A stretch of DNA of 64,000 nucleotides from contig CACODG010000003.1 of the NCBI GenBank assembly GCA_902625945.1, forward strand, positions 2,466-66,465, in the 5' to 3' direction. The stretch is from an uncultured Pelagibacteraceae bacterium. Its GTDB lineage: Bacteria > Pseudomonadota > Alphaproteobacteria > Pelagibacterales > Pelagibacteraceae. Positions 30,403 to 40,429 of the stretch are shown here, piece after piece; the first letter of the stretch is position 1, and each line of letters begins with the position of its first letter. The notes under the pieces are model-generated. The model was not told the DNA's origin. It saw only the letters and a list, made by a program, of their open reading frames with translations, and made no database searches. Both the position numbers and the translations under genes were made by a program.

Positions 30403-32453
30403 GTTTCAGAAACATTAATTATTTCAGCTTTATCAAACAATTTTAGTAAAAAAGTAAATTTACTATGGTTTATATTTTTCTCATTTTTAAAAATATAATT
30501 TTCGGCAAGTTCAAAAAGATCATTATGTAAGAGTGGATCAGCAAATTTAAATGTTTTGTTCCCACTCTGTTGATAACCTGTTAAATCACCAAATCCTCTA
30601 AGTTTTAAATCTTCCTCAGCAATAAAGAAACCATCATCTGACTCTTTTAAAATTTTTATTCTTTTAATAGAATTCTTACTTAAACTTTCCTTAAATAAAA
30701 GTATACAAGTAGCCTGTTTACTGCCTCTACCAACTCTACCACGTAGCTGATGTAACTGAGCTAAACCAAACTTATTTGCATTTTCAATAATTATGATATT
30801 TGCATTTGGAAAGTCTATACCAACTTCTATTACTGTTGTTGAAACTAAAATTGATATTTTTTTTTCAAGAAAATCATTTAAAACTTTCGCTTTTTCATCT
30901 TTGTTAAGTGATCCATGAACTAAACCAACTTTATCTGGAAATTTTTTTTTAATTAAATCAAATTTTTTTTTTGCAGATGTAAAATCTAAAAATTTAGAAT
31001 CTTCAATTAAAGGACAAACCCAGAATATTTGATTACCATCATTAATTTGTCTAGATAAAAAATTCCATAATTCATCAATTTTCTTTTCTGGCTTACTTAA
31101 AGTTAAAATTCTTTTTCTTATAGAAGGTTTTTCAGATATTTTTGAAACGTCCATATCACCATAATGTGACATCATCATTGTTCTAGGAATTGGTGTCGCT
31201 GACATTAATAAAACATCACAATCTTTACCACCTTTGTTTGCAAAATCTGTTCTTTGTTTAACACCAAATTTATGTTGTTCATCTATAACAACATAACCTA
31301 ATTTTTTAAATTCTATTTTTTTTTGAAACAGAGCATGTGTGCCTATAAGCAGATCTATTTTACCTTCTTTTATTTTTTTTAGAATTTCTTTTTTTTTATA
31401 AGGTTCCACTTTTCCAGTTAAAATTTCAATTCTAACTTTACTTTTACTAAAAATTTCCGAAGCTAATTTAAAATGTTGTTGTGCTAGAATTTCGGTTGGC
31501 CCCATTAACGCACATTGGTATTTACTTTCAATTACATTTGCCAGTGACAATAAAGAAACAATTGTTTTTCCTGATCCAACATCTCCTTGGATAATTCTGA
31601 ACATTCTTCTATTATCTTTTAAATCTGAATTTATTTCATTCAAAGCCTTTATTTGATCATTTGTGAGTTTAAATTTAAGGTTACTTACTATTCCATTTGA
31701 TATTTTTTCCTCAAATGATTTACATTTTTTTCTTCTTTTAACTATTTTCCTATTTTTTGATAAAGTTATAAAATTTGCACAAATTTCATCGAATGCTAAT
31801 CTACGAAGGCTTTTTGAGTCATTTTTTTTACTATCCTCAGAAGAATGTAATTTAATTATTGCCTTATTCCAATTTTGCAGTTTATTTTTCTCAATAAAGT
31901 CCTCATCTAACCAGTCATCGATTTTTGGTAAATTATTTATAACCTGCTCACTTATTGACCTGTACTTTTTTTCATTAAGTCCTTTAGTAAGTCTATATTT
32001 TGGTATATTTTTTACTACGTAATCTTTGTTTTCAGCATTAGCAACATAATCAGGATTAGTTATTTGATATTTATTTTTAAAAAAATTAACTTTACCACTA
32101 ATTATTACCCACTCATTTAAAGGAAAAATTTTTCTTAAATATCCTTCACGACTGTTAAAATAAACGATTTCTATCTGTCCATTTTCATCTTCACAAATTA
32201 TTTTATTAGGCAGATTTCTAACTCTTGGAAAGTTAAGTTTTTTGACTTTTACTTGAATAGTTTGTATTTTTCCTATTTCTAATTCATTTAACTTAAAAAT
32301 TTTAGATCTATCAGTTTCTGAAAAGGGTAAATTTAGAATGATATCTTTAACCTTTTCAATACGTTTTTTTTTTAAATATTTTGAAAGTTGGCTTCCTACA
32401 CCCTTTAACTTATTTACATTTTGGAATATAAAATCTTTTTTTATTAAATTCAT
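30399..32453 (-). CDS. recG: ATP-dependent DNA helicase RecG
   Basis: QGDVGSGKT, DEQH, SATPIPRT and QLHQLRGRVGRG motifs. Confidence 0.98.
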   Translation of the reverse strand: MNLIKKDFIFQNVNKLKGVGSQLSKYLKKKRIEKVKDIILNLPFSETDRSKIFKLNELEIGKIQTIQVKVKKLNFPRVRNLPNKIICEDENGQIEIVYFNSREGYLRKIFPLNEWVIISGKVNFFKNKYQITNPDYVANAENKDYVVKNIPKYRLTKGLNEKKYRSISEQVINNLPKIDDWLDEDFIEKNKLQNWNKAIIKLHSSEDSKKNDSKSLRRLAFDEICANFITLSKNRKIVKRRKKCKSFEEKISNGIVSNLKFKLTNDQIKALNEINSDLKDNRRMFRIIQGDVGSGKTIVSLLSLANVIESKYQCALMGPTEILAQQHFKLASEIFSKSKVRIEILTGKVEPYKKKEILKKIKEGKIDLLIGTHALFQKKIEFKKLGYVVIDEQHKFGVKQRTDFANKGGKDCDVLLMSATPIPRTMMMSHYGDMDVSKISEKPSIRKRILTLSKPEKKIDELWNFLSRQINDGNQIFWVCPLIEDSKFLDFTSAKKKFDLIKKKFPDKVGLVHGSLNKDEKAKVLNDFLEKKISILVSTTVIEVGIDFPNANIIIIENANKFGLAQLHQLRGRVGRGSKQATCILLFKESLSKNSIKRIKILKESDDGFFIAEEDLKLRGFGDLTGYQQSGNKTFKFADPLLHNDLFELAENYIFKNEKNINHSKFTFLLKLFDKAEIINVSET

Positions 32454-32476
32454 TTAGTTATATATAATATATATTT

Positions 32477-32734
32477 ATGAGTAAAAAATTAGAATTGTTT
32501 AAAAAAAAACTTTTATACAGAGCTTCTTATAGAGGCACAAAGGAAATGGATATTTTATTGAGTTCTTTTGTGAAAAAATATGTAAATGATATGGATGAAA
32601 TTGAATTGAATTACTTGGAAAAATTTTTAGATTTTGAGGATGAAATAATTTATAATTTTTATAACTTCAACAAAAACGATAAAAACATCGAGAAAAATGA
32701 AATTTCAAAAAAATTTAAAAAATTTAAAATTTGA
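32477..32734 (+). CDS. sdhE: succinate dehydrogenase assembly factor 2 (SdhE)
   Basis: RGxxE motif (YRGTKEMD); divergent from recG, as in Alphaproteobacteria. Confidence 0.88.
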   Translation: MSKKLELFKKKLLYRASYRGTKEMDILLSSFVKKYVNDMDEIELNYLEKFLDFEDEIIYNFYNFNKNDKNIEKNEISKKFKKFKI

Positions 32735-32824
32735 TGGCGGAGAGGGTGGGATTCGAACCCACGAACGAGTTGCCCCGTTGCTGGTTTTCAAGACCAGTGC
32801 TTTCAACCGCTCAGCCACCTCTCC
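32735..32824 (-). tRNA. tRNA-Ser(TGA)
   Basis: Reverse complement GGAGAGGTGGCTGAG...CTGGTCT-TGA-AAACCAG, long variable arm, ...CTCTCCGCCA. Confidence 0.97.
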
Positions 32825-32917
32825 AATGTATAAATAGCACTATTTATTACTATCAAAGCAAGTAAATAACAATAATTAAGTAATAAGATTTCTAGTGCTA
32901 GTTAATAAATAATAAAT

Positions 32918-33931
32918 ATGATAACAAAAAAAATGTATAAAATAATCATATTTATTTTTATCTTTAATACTCTTTTTTCATTCAATCTTTATAGTAGCGA
33001 TAGGGATTTTGATGTTTGGTTAAAAAATTTTAAAGTTAAAGCAGTTGCAACAGGTATATCAAGTAAGGTTGTTGATGACGTCTTATCTAATGCAAAATTT
33101 TTACCTAAAGTAATAGAATATGACAGATATCAACCAGAATTTTATGAGGATACTTTCACTTACATAAAAAAAAGAACTTCAAAAAGAAAGATTGCTGATG
33201 GCATAAGGTTATATAAAAAAGAAAAATATATAATTGATAAAGTTGAAAATGAATTCAATGTAGAAAAAGAATTATTACTTGCACTCATGGGCATAGAAAC
33301 AAACTTTGGAAAATACCTGGGTAAAATGGACATTATATCTTCTCTTGCCACCTTAAGTTTTGATAAAAGAAGGAGTGAATTTTTTACTGCTGAATTACTT
33401 ATATTGCTGAATCTAGTAGATAAAAAAATTATTAATAAAGATATACTGTATGGATCTTGGGCAGGTGCATTTGGAAATTTTCAATTTATGCCAAGAACTA
33501 TCCGTAATTATGCAATTGATTTTAATCAAAATAATACTATCGAATTAAAAAAAACTGAAGATTCATTTGCATCAGCTGCAAATTATCTCAAAACAATCGG
33601 TTGGAAAAAAAATAATCCTTGTTTTTTAAAAATTGATTTAAAAGATAGTATTCCAAGCAAATATCTTAACTCATCTGCTAGAAATATTAAAAATAAAAAA
33701 AAAGTTAATTTTTTTGAAAAATATATTTCCAATTTTAACGATCTAAATGTTAATAAGAATTTAGATGCAGCAATAATAATTCCTGACAAAGATATTATCC
33801 CAGGTTCAAAAACCTATAAACCTGCTTTCTTAATTTTTGAAAACTATGAGAAAATACTAAATTGGAATAGATCATTAAGATTTGCCCTTGCTGTTTGCAC
33901 GCTTAAAGAGACTTTTAAAAATGAAATATAA
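32918..33931 (+). CDS. mltB: lytic murein transglycosylase (MltB family)
   Basis: DRYQPEF, GIETNFG, GSWAGAFG.FQFMP and WNRS motifs. Confidence 0.92.
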   Translation: MITKKMYKIIIFIFIFNTLFSFNLYSSDRDFDVWLKNFKVKAVATGISSKVVDDVLSNAKFLPKVIEYDRYQPEFYEDTFTYIKKRTSKRKIADGIRLYKKEKYIIDKVENEFNVEKELLLALMGIETNFGKYLGKMDIISSLATLSFDKRRSEFFTAELLILLNLVDKKIINKDILYGSWAGAFGNFQFMPRTIRNYAIDFNQNNTIELKKTEDSFASAANYLKTIGWKKNNPCFLKIDLKDSIPSKYLNSSARNIKNKKKVNFFEKYISNFNDLNVNKNLDAAIIIPDKDIIPGSKTYKPAFLIFENYEKILNWNRSLRFALAVCTLKETFKNEI

Positions 33932-34658
33932 AATACTAATTTTAATAATTTTACTTACATCTTGTAGTGCTCACACCACTAAGTTAGAGAATAGATCTCC
34001 CTTTATATCTAAAGGATTTGCATACATTTACAACGATTATGATTATGAAAATAAAACTATAAAGGGTAGATTGGATAATTCAAAACTTCAAGTTTCTCAT
34101 AATAAATTGAGATCTAATACATTAATAAAGATTATTAATCCAAGAACTAACGACTCGATTACAATTAAAAATCATAAAAAAATCAATTATCCTGATTTCT
34201 ACAAAATTCTTATTACTGAACAAGTTGCTAATAAACTAAATATTGAAAAAGAATTACCTTTAGTTGAAATTTTAGAAATTAAGAAGAACAAGTCATTTAT
34301 TGCCCAAAAAGCTAAAATTTATAAAGAAGAAAAAAAAATATCTTCAAATGCCCCGGTGACATCTGTTCAAATTTCCAATATCTCAAAAAATAAAAATAAA
34401 AAAAAAAAACTAAAACAAGAAGATTTTTATATACTTATAGGATCCTTTTACTCGAGAGAAACAGCTGATTTTTTAAAACAGAGAATCAACAAAGAAATAC
34501 CTAATTATGATAACAACAAATTGATTATTAGAAAAAAAAGCAACAAAGAAATTAACCTAATTTCAGGACCTTATAAGACTATTAATTTTATGAAAAATGA
34601 TTACATTCTATTAAAGAATTTTGGATTCGAAGATTTAGACATTATTACAAATGAATAA
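33921..34658 (+). CDS. RlpA-like lipoprotein (degenerate DPBB + SPOR domain)
   Basis: Lipobox LTSC, DPBB remnants, C-terminal SPOR-like (ILIGSF...A...L, SGPY); occupies the mltB-rlpA-dacA-tmk slot. Confidence 0.7.
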   Translation: MKYKILILIILLTSCSAHTTKLENRSPFISKGFAYIYNDYDYENKTIKGRLDNSKLQVSHNKLRSNTLIKIINPRTNDSITIKNHKKINYPDFYKILITEQVANKLNIEKELPLVEILEIKKNKSFIAQKAKIYKEEKKISSNAPVTSVQISNISKNKNKKKKLKQEDFYILIGSFYSRETADFLKQRINKEIPNYDNNKLIIRKKSNKEINLISGPYKTINFMKNDYILLKNFGFEDLDIITNE

Positions 34659-35799
34659 AATATTACTAACTTTTATAATTTCATTAGGTTTGATCAATTC
34701 GACTTTTGCTAATCCTAATATAGATGTTAGAACTGGGATTTTGATGGATTTCCATTCAGAGGAGGTTTTATATGAATTTGATGCAGACACTCAAATTTAT
34801 CCTGCATCAATGACTAAAATAATGACTTCTATAATAGCTTTCGATTTACTTAAGAAAGATAAATTATCATTAGATGATATGTTTACTGTTTCTGAAAATG
34901 CCTGGAGATTGTCTCAAAGTGGTTACTCATCTATGTTTATAATGATTAATGATCAAGTATCAGTAGAAGATTTATTAAAAGGTATAATTATCGCTTCAGG
35001 GAATGATGCATGTGTGGCATTGGCAGAGGGTATTGCTGGATCAGAGGAAAATTTTGCTGAGATGATGAATGAAAAAGCTGGGGAAATAGGTATGACCTCC
35101 ACCAATTTTACAAATTCATCTGGAATAAATGATCCTGACAATGTTTCGACAGTAAGAGATATTGCAATTATGTCAAAATATTTAATTGAAAATTACCCCG
35201 TATATTATGAATTATTTAAAGAAAAAACTTTTACATGGGATAGAACAGGCGGTGAGCCAATAAAACAAGGAAACAGAAATCCTTTACTTTATAAAAATAT
35301 AGGAGCTGATGGTGTTAAGACAGGTTATCTTGCAGTAGAAAAATATTCTCTAGCGAGCTCTATAAAAAAAAAAGATAGAAGACTTATTGCCGTAGCATCA
35401 GGTTTCCAAACTAAGAATTTGAGAAGCTCAGAGTCATTAAAACTATTAAACTGGGGTTTTAGAAACACTAGTACATTTGAAGTGACAAAATCAAATGATA
35501 CTTTTTTTGAATTAGAGGCTTGGTTAGGCAAGAAAGAAAAAATAAAAGCAACTCCAAAAGAAAATTATTATATTACCATTAATAAGAAAAATATTCGTAA
35601 TTTAAATATTTCTCTTAAATATGATGGCCCATTGGTTGCTCCTATTCAAAAAGATACTAAAATTGCAGAAATAATTGTAAAGAATAAAGAAGAAATTATT
35701 AAAACAATACCACTATATGCTATGGAGGATTTGAAAAAAGTAAATTTTTTCAAAAGTTTAATTACCTCAATTAATTATTTGATTTGGGGTGATGTATAA
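34651..35799 (+). CDS. dacA: D-alanyl-D-alanine carboxypeptidase (PBP5/6)
   Basis: SMTK, SGN and KTG motifs. Confidence 0.95.
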   Translation: MNKILLTFIISLGLINSTFANPNIDVRTGILMDFHSEEVLYEFDADTQIYPASMTKIMTSIIAFDLLKKDKLSLDDMFTVSENAWRLSQSGYSSMFIMINDQVSVEDLLKGIIIASGNDACVALAEGIAGSEENFAEMMNEKAGEIGMTSTNFTNSSGINDPDNVSTVRDIAIMSKYLIENYPVYYELFKEKTFTWDRTGGEPIKQGNRNPLLYKNIGADGVKTGYLAVEKYSLASSIKKKDRRLIAVASGFQTKNLRSSESLKLLNWGFRNTSTFEVTKSNDTFFELEAWLGKKEKIKATPKENYYITINKKNIRNLNISLKYDGPLVAPIQKDTKIAEIIVKNKEEIIKTIPLYAMEDLKKVNFFKSLITSINYLIWGDV

Positions 35800-36439
35800 A
35801 CAGAAACCTTTATTTATAGTATTTGAAGGTGTAGAGGGTTGCGGAAAATCATTTCAAAGTAAGAAACTTTATCAAAATCTTAAAAAGAATAGAATTAAAA
35901 CAATATTAACTAGAGAGCCAGGAGGAACTAGCAGTGCTGAACTCATACGTAATTTAATTCTTAAAGACTATTTTAAAAAAAACAAAAAAGAAAAATTTGA
36001 CAAATATACAGACACTTTGCTTTACCTAGCAGCTAGAAATGAACATGTTTTGAATAAGATTAAACCTGCACTTAAAAAAAAACAGGTCGTTATCTGTGAT
36101 AGATTTACGGACTCAACATTAGCATATCAAGTATATGGAAAAAAAGTTAACAATAATTTTATTAAAATAATTCACAAACAAATTCTAGGGAATTTAAAGC
36201 CTAATATAACATTTTTACTAAAAGTTTCTGCAAAATCCTCAAAGAAGAGACTATCTAGAAGAAAATCTAAAAATAGATACGATAATTTTCCACAATCTTT
36301 TTATGATAAAGCTCAAAAATCTTTTTTAAAAATAGCAAAAAATAAAAAAAACTATTTTATTTTGGAGTCATCTGCTAACAATAACATTCTGGAAAAACTA
36401 ATTTTTAAAATTACAGCTAAATATCTCAAAAAATCATGA
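35792..36439 (+). CDS. tmk: thymidylate kinase
   Basis: FEGVEGCGKS, TREPGG and CDRF.DST.AYQ motifs. Confidence 0.96.
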   Translation: MYKQKPLFIVFEGVEGCGKSFQSKKLYQNLKKNRIKTILTREPGGTSSAELIRNLILKDYFKKNKKEKFDKYTDTLLYLAARNEHVLNKIKPALKKKQVVICDRFTDSTLAYQVYGKKVNNNFIKIIHKQILGNLKPNITFLLKVSAKSSKKRLSRRKSKNRYDNFPQSFYDKAQKSFLKIAKNKKNYFILESSANNNILEKLIFKITAKYLKKS

Positions 36440-37365
36440 ACCTTACTGAAAATTTTAATCCAAAAAAAAGTTTAAAGTTATTTGAACAAAAAAATAATTT
36501 TAATTTATTAAAGAATTTACTTTTAAAAGAAAAATTTCCTAAAGTTTTAATGCTAAGTGGAAACAAAGGTTACGGGAAATTTACTTTAATAAGTCACTTT
36601 TTGCACTATTATTTCGATAAAGTAAATTACAATGAAGTTGAAAATGTTTTTAAAAAAACTTCTTTTCACGAACAATTTTTGTCAAATACTTTTCCAAACA
36701 TTTATTACCTAAACGGTTCAGATTTTAAAAATGTCAAAATAGAAGATATTAGAATCTTAAAAAATAATTTGTTAAAAAAGCCTTTATTGGATCAAAAACG
36801 TTTTGTAATTTTAGATGATGTTGAGGTTTTTAATAAAAACAGCCTTAATGCGCTCTTAAAATTAATTGAAGAGCCAGGAGAGAGTAATTATTTTATATTG
36901 ATAAATAATTCTACTAAAGATTTAATTGAGACTATTAAATCAAGATGTTTAGAATTAAAAATTATATTGAACGAGAGTGAGAGACTAAGTACGATATCTT
37001 CTCTAGTTAAAATCTATAACCAAAAAAAAATTTTGAGAGATAATTTTATAAGAATATCTCCAGGAAATTTTATAAAATTTAACTATTTTTTTTCCGATCA
37101 AATATTAGACGAAAATGAAAGTCTTTTCAAAAATTTTAAAACTATTTTAACTTATTACAAAAAAGAAAAAAATTTTTTTTATAAAGATTTATTAATATTT
37201 ATTACAGAATATTATTTAGAAAAAAAAAGATCTGAAAAATACAATTATAATCGAAATTATTTTCTTAGTAGATCAAATATAATTAAACAAATTAATAACT
37301 TTTTTTTGTATAATTTAAACCAAGCTACTTTATTAAATGATATTGAAAATAAATTAGATGAGTAA
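36436..37365 (+). CDS. holB: DNA polymerase III delta' subunit
   Basis: NALLKLIEEP and TIKSRC motifs; tmk-holB-metG-tatD synteny. Confidence 0.85.
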   Translation: MNLTENFNPKKSLKLFEQKNNFNLLKNLLLKEKFPKVLMLSGNKGYGKFTLISHFLHYYFDKVNYNEVENVFKKTSFHEQFLSNTFPNIYYLNGSDFKNVKIEDIRILKNNLLKKPLLDQKRFVILDDVEVFNKNSLNALLKLIEEPGESNYFILINNSTKDLIETIKSRCLELKIILNESERLSTISSLVKIYNQKKILRDNFIRISPGNFIKFNYFFSDQILDENESLFKNFKTILTYYKKEKNFFYKDLLIFITEYYLEKKRSEKYNYNRNYFLSRSNIIKQINNFFLYNLNQATLLNDIENKLDE

Positions 37366-38899
37366 AAACTTTTATATCACTACACCAATTTATTATCCCT
37401 CGGGAAAACCGCATATGGGTCACGCTTATTCAAGTATTGTAGCTGACATCTTCGCAAGATTTAAAAGAATTGAAGGTTTTAATGTTTATTTCTTAACAGG
37501 CACTGATGAACATGGGCAAAAAATTCAGAAAGAGGCTGAAAAGAATAAAAAAAGTCCAAAAATATTTTGTGATGAATTATCTGAAACCTTCAGATCTCTC
37601 ACAAAAACTTTAAACTTAACAAATAATGATTTCATAAGAACTACAGAGCCAAGACATTTTAAATCAGTTAACGAGATATGGAAAAGATTAGTAAAATCTG
37701 GTGATATTTATTTAGATAAATATAGCGGCTGGTACTCTGTATCTGACGAGGCATATTATGATGAAGATGAAATTGAAGATAGAAACGGAAGAAAAATCTC
37801 AATAACATCAGGATCTTTAGTAGAATGGGTAGAGGAAGAGTCTTATTTTTTTAAATTATCTGCCTGGCAAAAAAAATTATTAGAACATTATGAAAAAAAT
37901 AAAGATTTTATCCTTCCTCATTCAAGAAAAAATGAAGTAAAAAGTTTTGTTGAAAAGGGTTTAAAAGATTTGTCAATTAGTAGAACATCATTTTCTTGGG
38001 GAATACCAGTGCCTGAAAATAAAAAACATATTATTTATGTTTGGTTAGATGCGTTAACTAATTATTTAAGTGCACTTAACTTTCCAGATACAAATAATGA
38101 AAAATATAAATCTTTTTGGCCAGCTGATATACATATTATTGGTAAGGATATTTTAAGATTTCATGCAATTTATTGGCCAGCTTTTTTATTTGCAGCTAAT
38201 TTACCTTTACCAAAGAGAGTTTTTGGGCACGGTTGGATATTATCTGATGAGAAAAAAATGTCTAAATCACTTGGAAATATTTTAGATCCAATTGAGATAA
38301 TTAAAAATTATGGAATAGATCAATTAAGATATTATCTTATTAAAGAAGTTTCTTTAGGAAATGATGGAAGTATATCAATGGAAAATTTAAAAAATTGTAT
38401 AAATAATGATCTTGCAAATAATTATGGAAATCTATGCCAAAGAGTCTTTGCATTTATAAAAAAAAATTGTAATAACAAAATACCTGAAGGGAAGAATCTT
38501 GAAGAAAAAGATATGAAATTTATAGATAATGTTAAAAATAACATTCCTTTTTTAATAAATTTAATTAATAAGCAAAATTTAAATGAATACATTAAAAAAG
38601 TTGTAAATTTTTCCTTTGAAGCAAATAAATATTTTAATGATTCTGAACCTTGGGCGCTTAAAAATAAAGACACTAAAAGGATGAATGCGATTTTGTTTAC
38701 AATTGTAGAACAAATTAAAAATATCTCGATTCTTTTAAATCCAATTATTCCTATTTCTACAAAGAAAGTTTTAAATGCGATAAATATTTCTGATAAAGAT
38801 ATCTTAATAGACAACATTCAAAAAAATAATATTTTGGATTTAAACAGAGAACTAAAAGATTTAGATATTTTGTTTAAGAAAGTAGAAGATGATAATTGA
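37358..38899 (+). CDS. metG: methionine--tRNA ligase
   Basis: TTPIYY..GKPHMGH, YVWLDAL and KMSKS motifs. Confidence 0.98.
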   Translation: MSKNFYITTPIYYPSGKPHMGHAYSSIVADIFARFKRIEGFNVYFLTGTDEHGQKIQKEAEKNKKSPKIFCDELSETFRSLTKTLNLTNNDFIRTTEPRHFKSVNEIWKRLVKSGDIYLDKYSGWYSVSDEAYYDEDEIEDRNGRKISITSGSLVEWVEEESYFFKLSAWQKKLLEHYEKNKDFILPHSRKNEVKSFVEKGLKDLSISRTSFSWGIPVPENKKHIIYVWLDALTNYLSALNFPDTNNEKYKSFWPADIHIIGKDILRFHAIYWPAFLFAANLPLPKRVFGHGWILSDEKKMSKSLGNILDPIEIIKNYGIDQLRYYLIKEVSLGNDGSISMENLKNCINNDLANNYGNLCQRVFAFIKKNCNNKIPEGKNLEEKDMKFIDNVKNNIPFLINLINKQNLNEYIKKVVNFSFEANKYFNDSEPWALKNKDTKRMNAILFTIVEQIKNISILLNPIIPISTKKVLNAINISDKDILIDNIQKNNILDLNRELKDLDILFKKVEDDN

Positions 38900-39665
38900 T
38901 TCACACTGTCACTTAACATACGAGCCTATGTCAAACGCTCTTAACGATACTATCAAGAGAGCAACAGATGAGGGTGTTAAATATATACTGACTATTTCAA
39001 CAGAGGATAAAAGCTTTGATAAAATTTTAAGTATAATTACAAAATATAAAAATGTTTATGGAACATACGGTATTCATCCACACGAAGCAAAATTACATAT
39101 GAATATTAAAACAGTTGATATAATAAAAAAGGCAAGTTTAAGTAACAAAATAATTGGTATTGGTGAAACTGGATTAGATTTTTATTACAACTATTCAGAA
39201 AAAAACGATCAAATAAATTGTTTCGAGGAGCATATTTGCGCTGCCCAAGAAAACAATATGCCGTTAATAGTTCATACCAGAGCTTCAGAAAATGAAACAT
39301 TTGAAATTTTATATAAAAATTTAAAAAAAAAAAATTTTAAAATACTTATACATTGTTTTACTGGAACTAGAGAATTTGCTTTCAAACTTTTAGATTTAGG
39401 AGCTTATATTTCAGCAAGTGGGGTAGTTACATTTAAAAAATCTTTAGAATTAGCTAATACTTTTAAAGATTTACCTAACGAAAGAATTTTAGTTGAAACA
39501 GATGCACCGTACCTTGCTCCAGTTCCTTTAAGAGGCAAACCTAATGAACCAAGTTTTATAATTCATACTGTAAAATTTTTGTCTGAGCTCAAAAAACTAC
39601 GACTAGATGAATTTTCAAAAATCACAACTCAAAATTTTTTTAAATTATTTGGTGAATTAAATTGA
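38889..39665 (+). CDS. TatD family hydrolase
   Basis: DSHCH, GETGLD, HCF and ETDAPYL motifs. Confidence 0.95.
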   Translation: MIIDSHCHLTYEPMSNALNDTIKRATDEGVKYILTISTEDKSFDKILSIITKYKNVYGTYGIHPHEAKLHMNIKTVDIIKKASLSNKIIGIGETGLDFYYNYSEKNDQINCFEEHICAAQENNMPLIVHTRASENETFEILYKNLKKKNFKILIHCFTGTREFAFKLLDLGAYISASGVVTFKKSLELANTFKDLPNERILVETDAPYLAPVPLRGKPNEPSFIIHTVKFLSELKKLRLDEFSKITTQNFFKLFGELN

Positions 39666-40429
39666 GAAATAAATTTACCATTTTAGGATGCGGAAGTTCT
39701 TTAGGGTCACCCTGGATAACAAATTACAAAGCTAAACTCAAAAATCATCCAAAAAATGTTCGATCTAGATGTTGTGCTCACATTCAAAAAGATAACTTAT
39801 CTATATTGATAGATACTTCTCCTGACATTAAATATCAAATTTTAAGTAATAAGATTAATAACCTAGACTCAATAATTTATACGCATGAGCATGCAGATCA
39901 AACATCTGGTATTTTTGAAATGAGACCTTTTTTTTGGAAGAATAAATCTAGAATTCCTGTATATGGCAGTTCAAGAACAATAAAGGCTATTAAAAAAAGT
40001 TATAATTTTTGTTTTACTCAAAAACATGGTTATAAGCCGATTATGAAAGCGAAAATAATTAAAAATAAATTTTTTATTAAAAAAGGTAGGACTAGTTTAT
40101 TAATTAAATCTTTTGATGTTAATCATGGTCTCATAAATGCAACTGGATATGTTACCGAAAAAATTGCGTATTTAAGTGATTGTAATGATATTCCGAAAAA
40201 AAATTTAATTTATCTAACAGGATTAAATTATCTTATTGTAGATTGTTTAAAAATTGATAAACATCCATCTCATTTTAACTTTGATGACGCTATGAATCTA
40301 ATTAATTTAGTCAAACCTAAGAAGGCAATTCTTACAAATTTACATACAGATTTGGATTATTTTATTTTAAAAAAAAAATTACCTAAGAATATAATTCCTG
40401 CTTATGATGGTTTGAGTTTTAATTTTTAA
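39662..40429 (+). CDS. MBL-fold metallo-hydrolase (PhnP/YycJ-like)
   Basis: LGCGSS and THEHADQ motifs; follows tatD; TTG start. Confidence 0.88.
   Translation: MRNKFTILGCGSSLGSPWITNYKAKLKNHPKNVRSRCCAHIQKDNLSILIDTSPDIKYQILSNKINNLDSIIYTHEHADQTSGIFEMRPFFWKNKSRIPVYGSSRTIKAIKKSYNFCFTQKHGYKPIMKAKIIKNKFFIKKGRTSLLIKSFDVNHGLINATGYVTEKIAYLSDCNDIPKKNLIYLTGLNYLIVDCLKIDKHPSHFNFDDAMNLINLVKPKKAILTNLHTDLDYFILKKKLPKNIIPAYDGLSFNF

Noticed and set aside
34398-34409. A12 run in the RlpA-like gene and other poly-A tracts as phase-variation or frameshift sites
   Set aside because: The frames are intact and encode Lys runs, as expected in an AT-rich, Lys-rich proteome.
37358-38899. Cys-free zinc knuckles in MetG (also ValS and HolB)
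   Set aside because: Cys-less versions are common in Proteobacteria, so they are not distinctive here.
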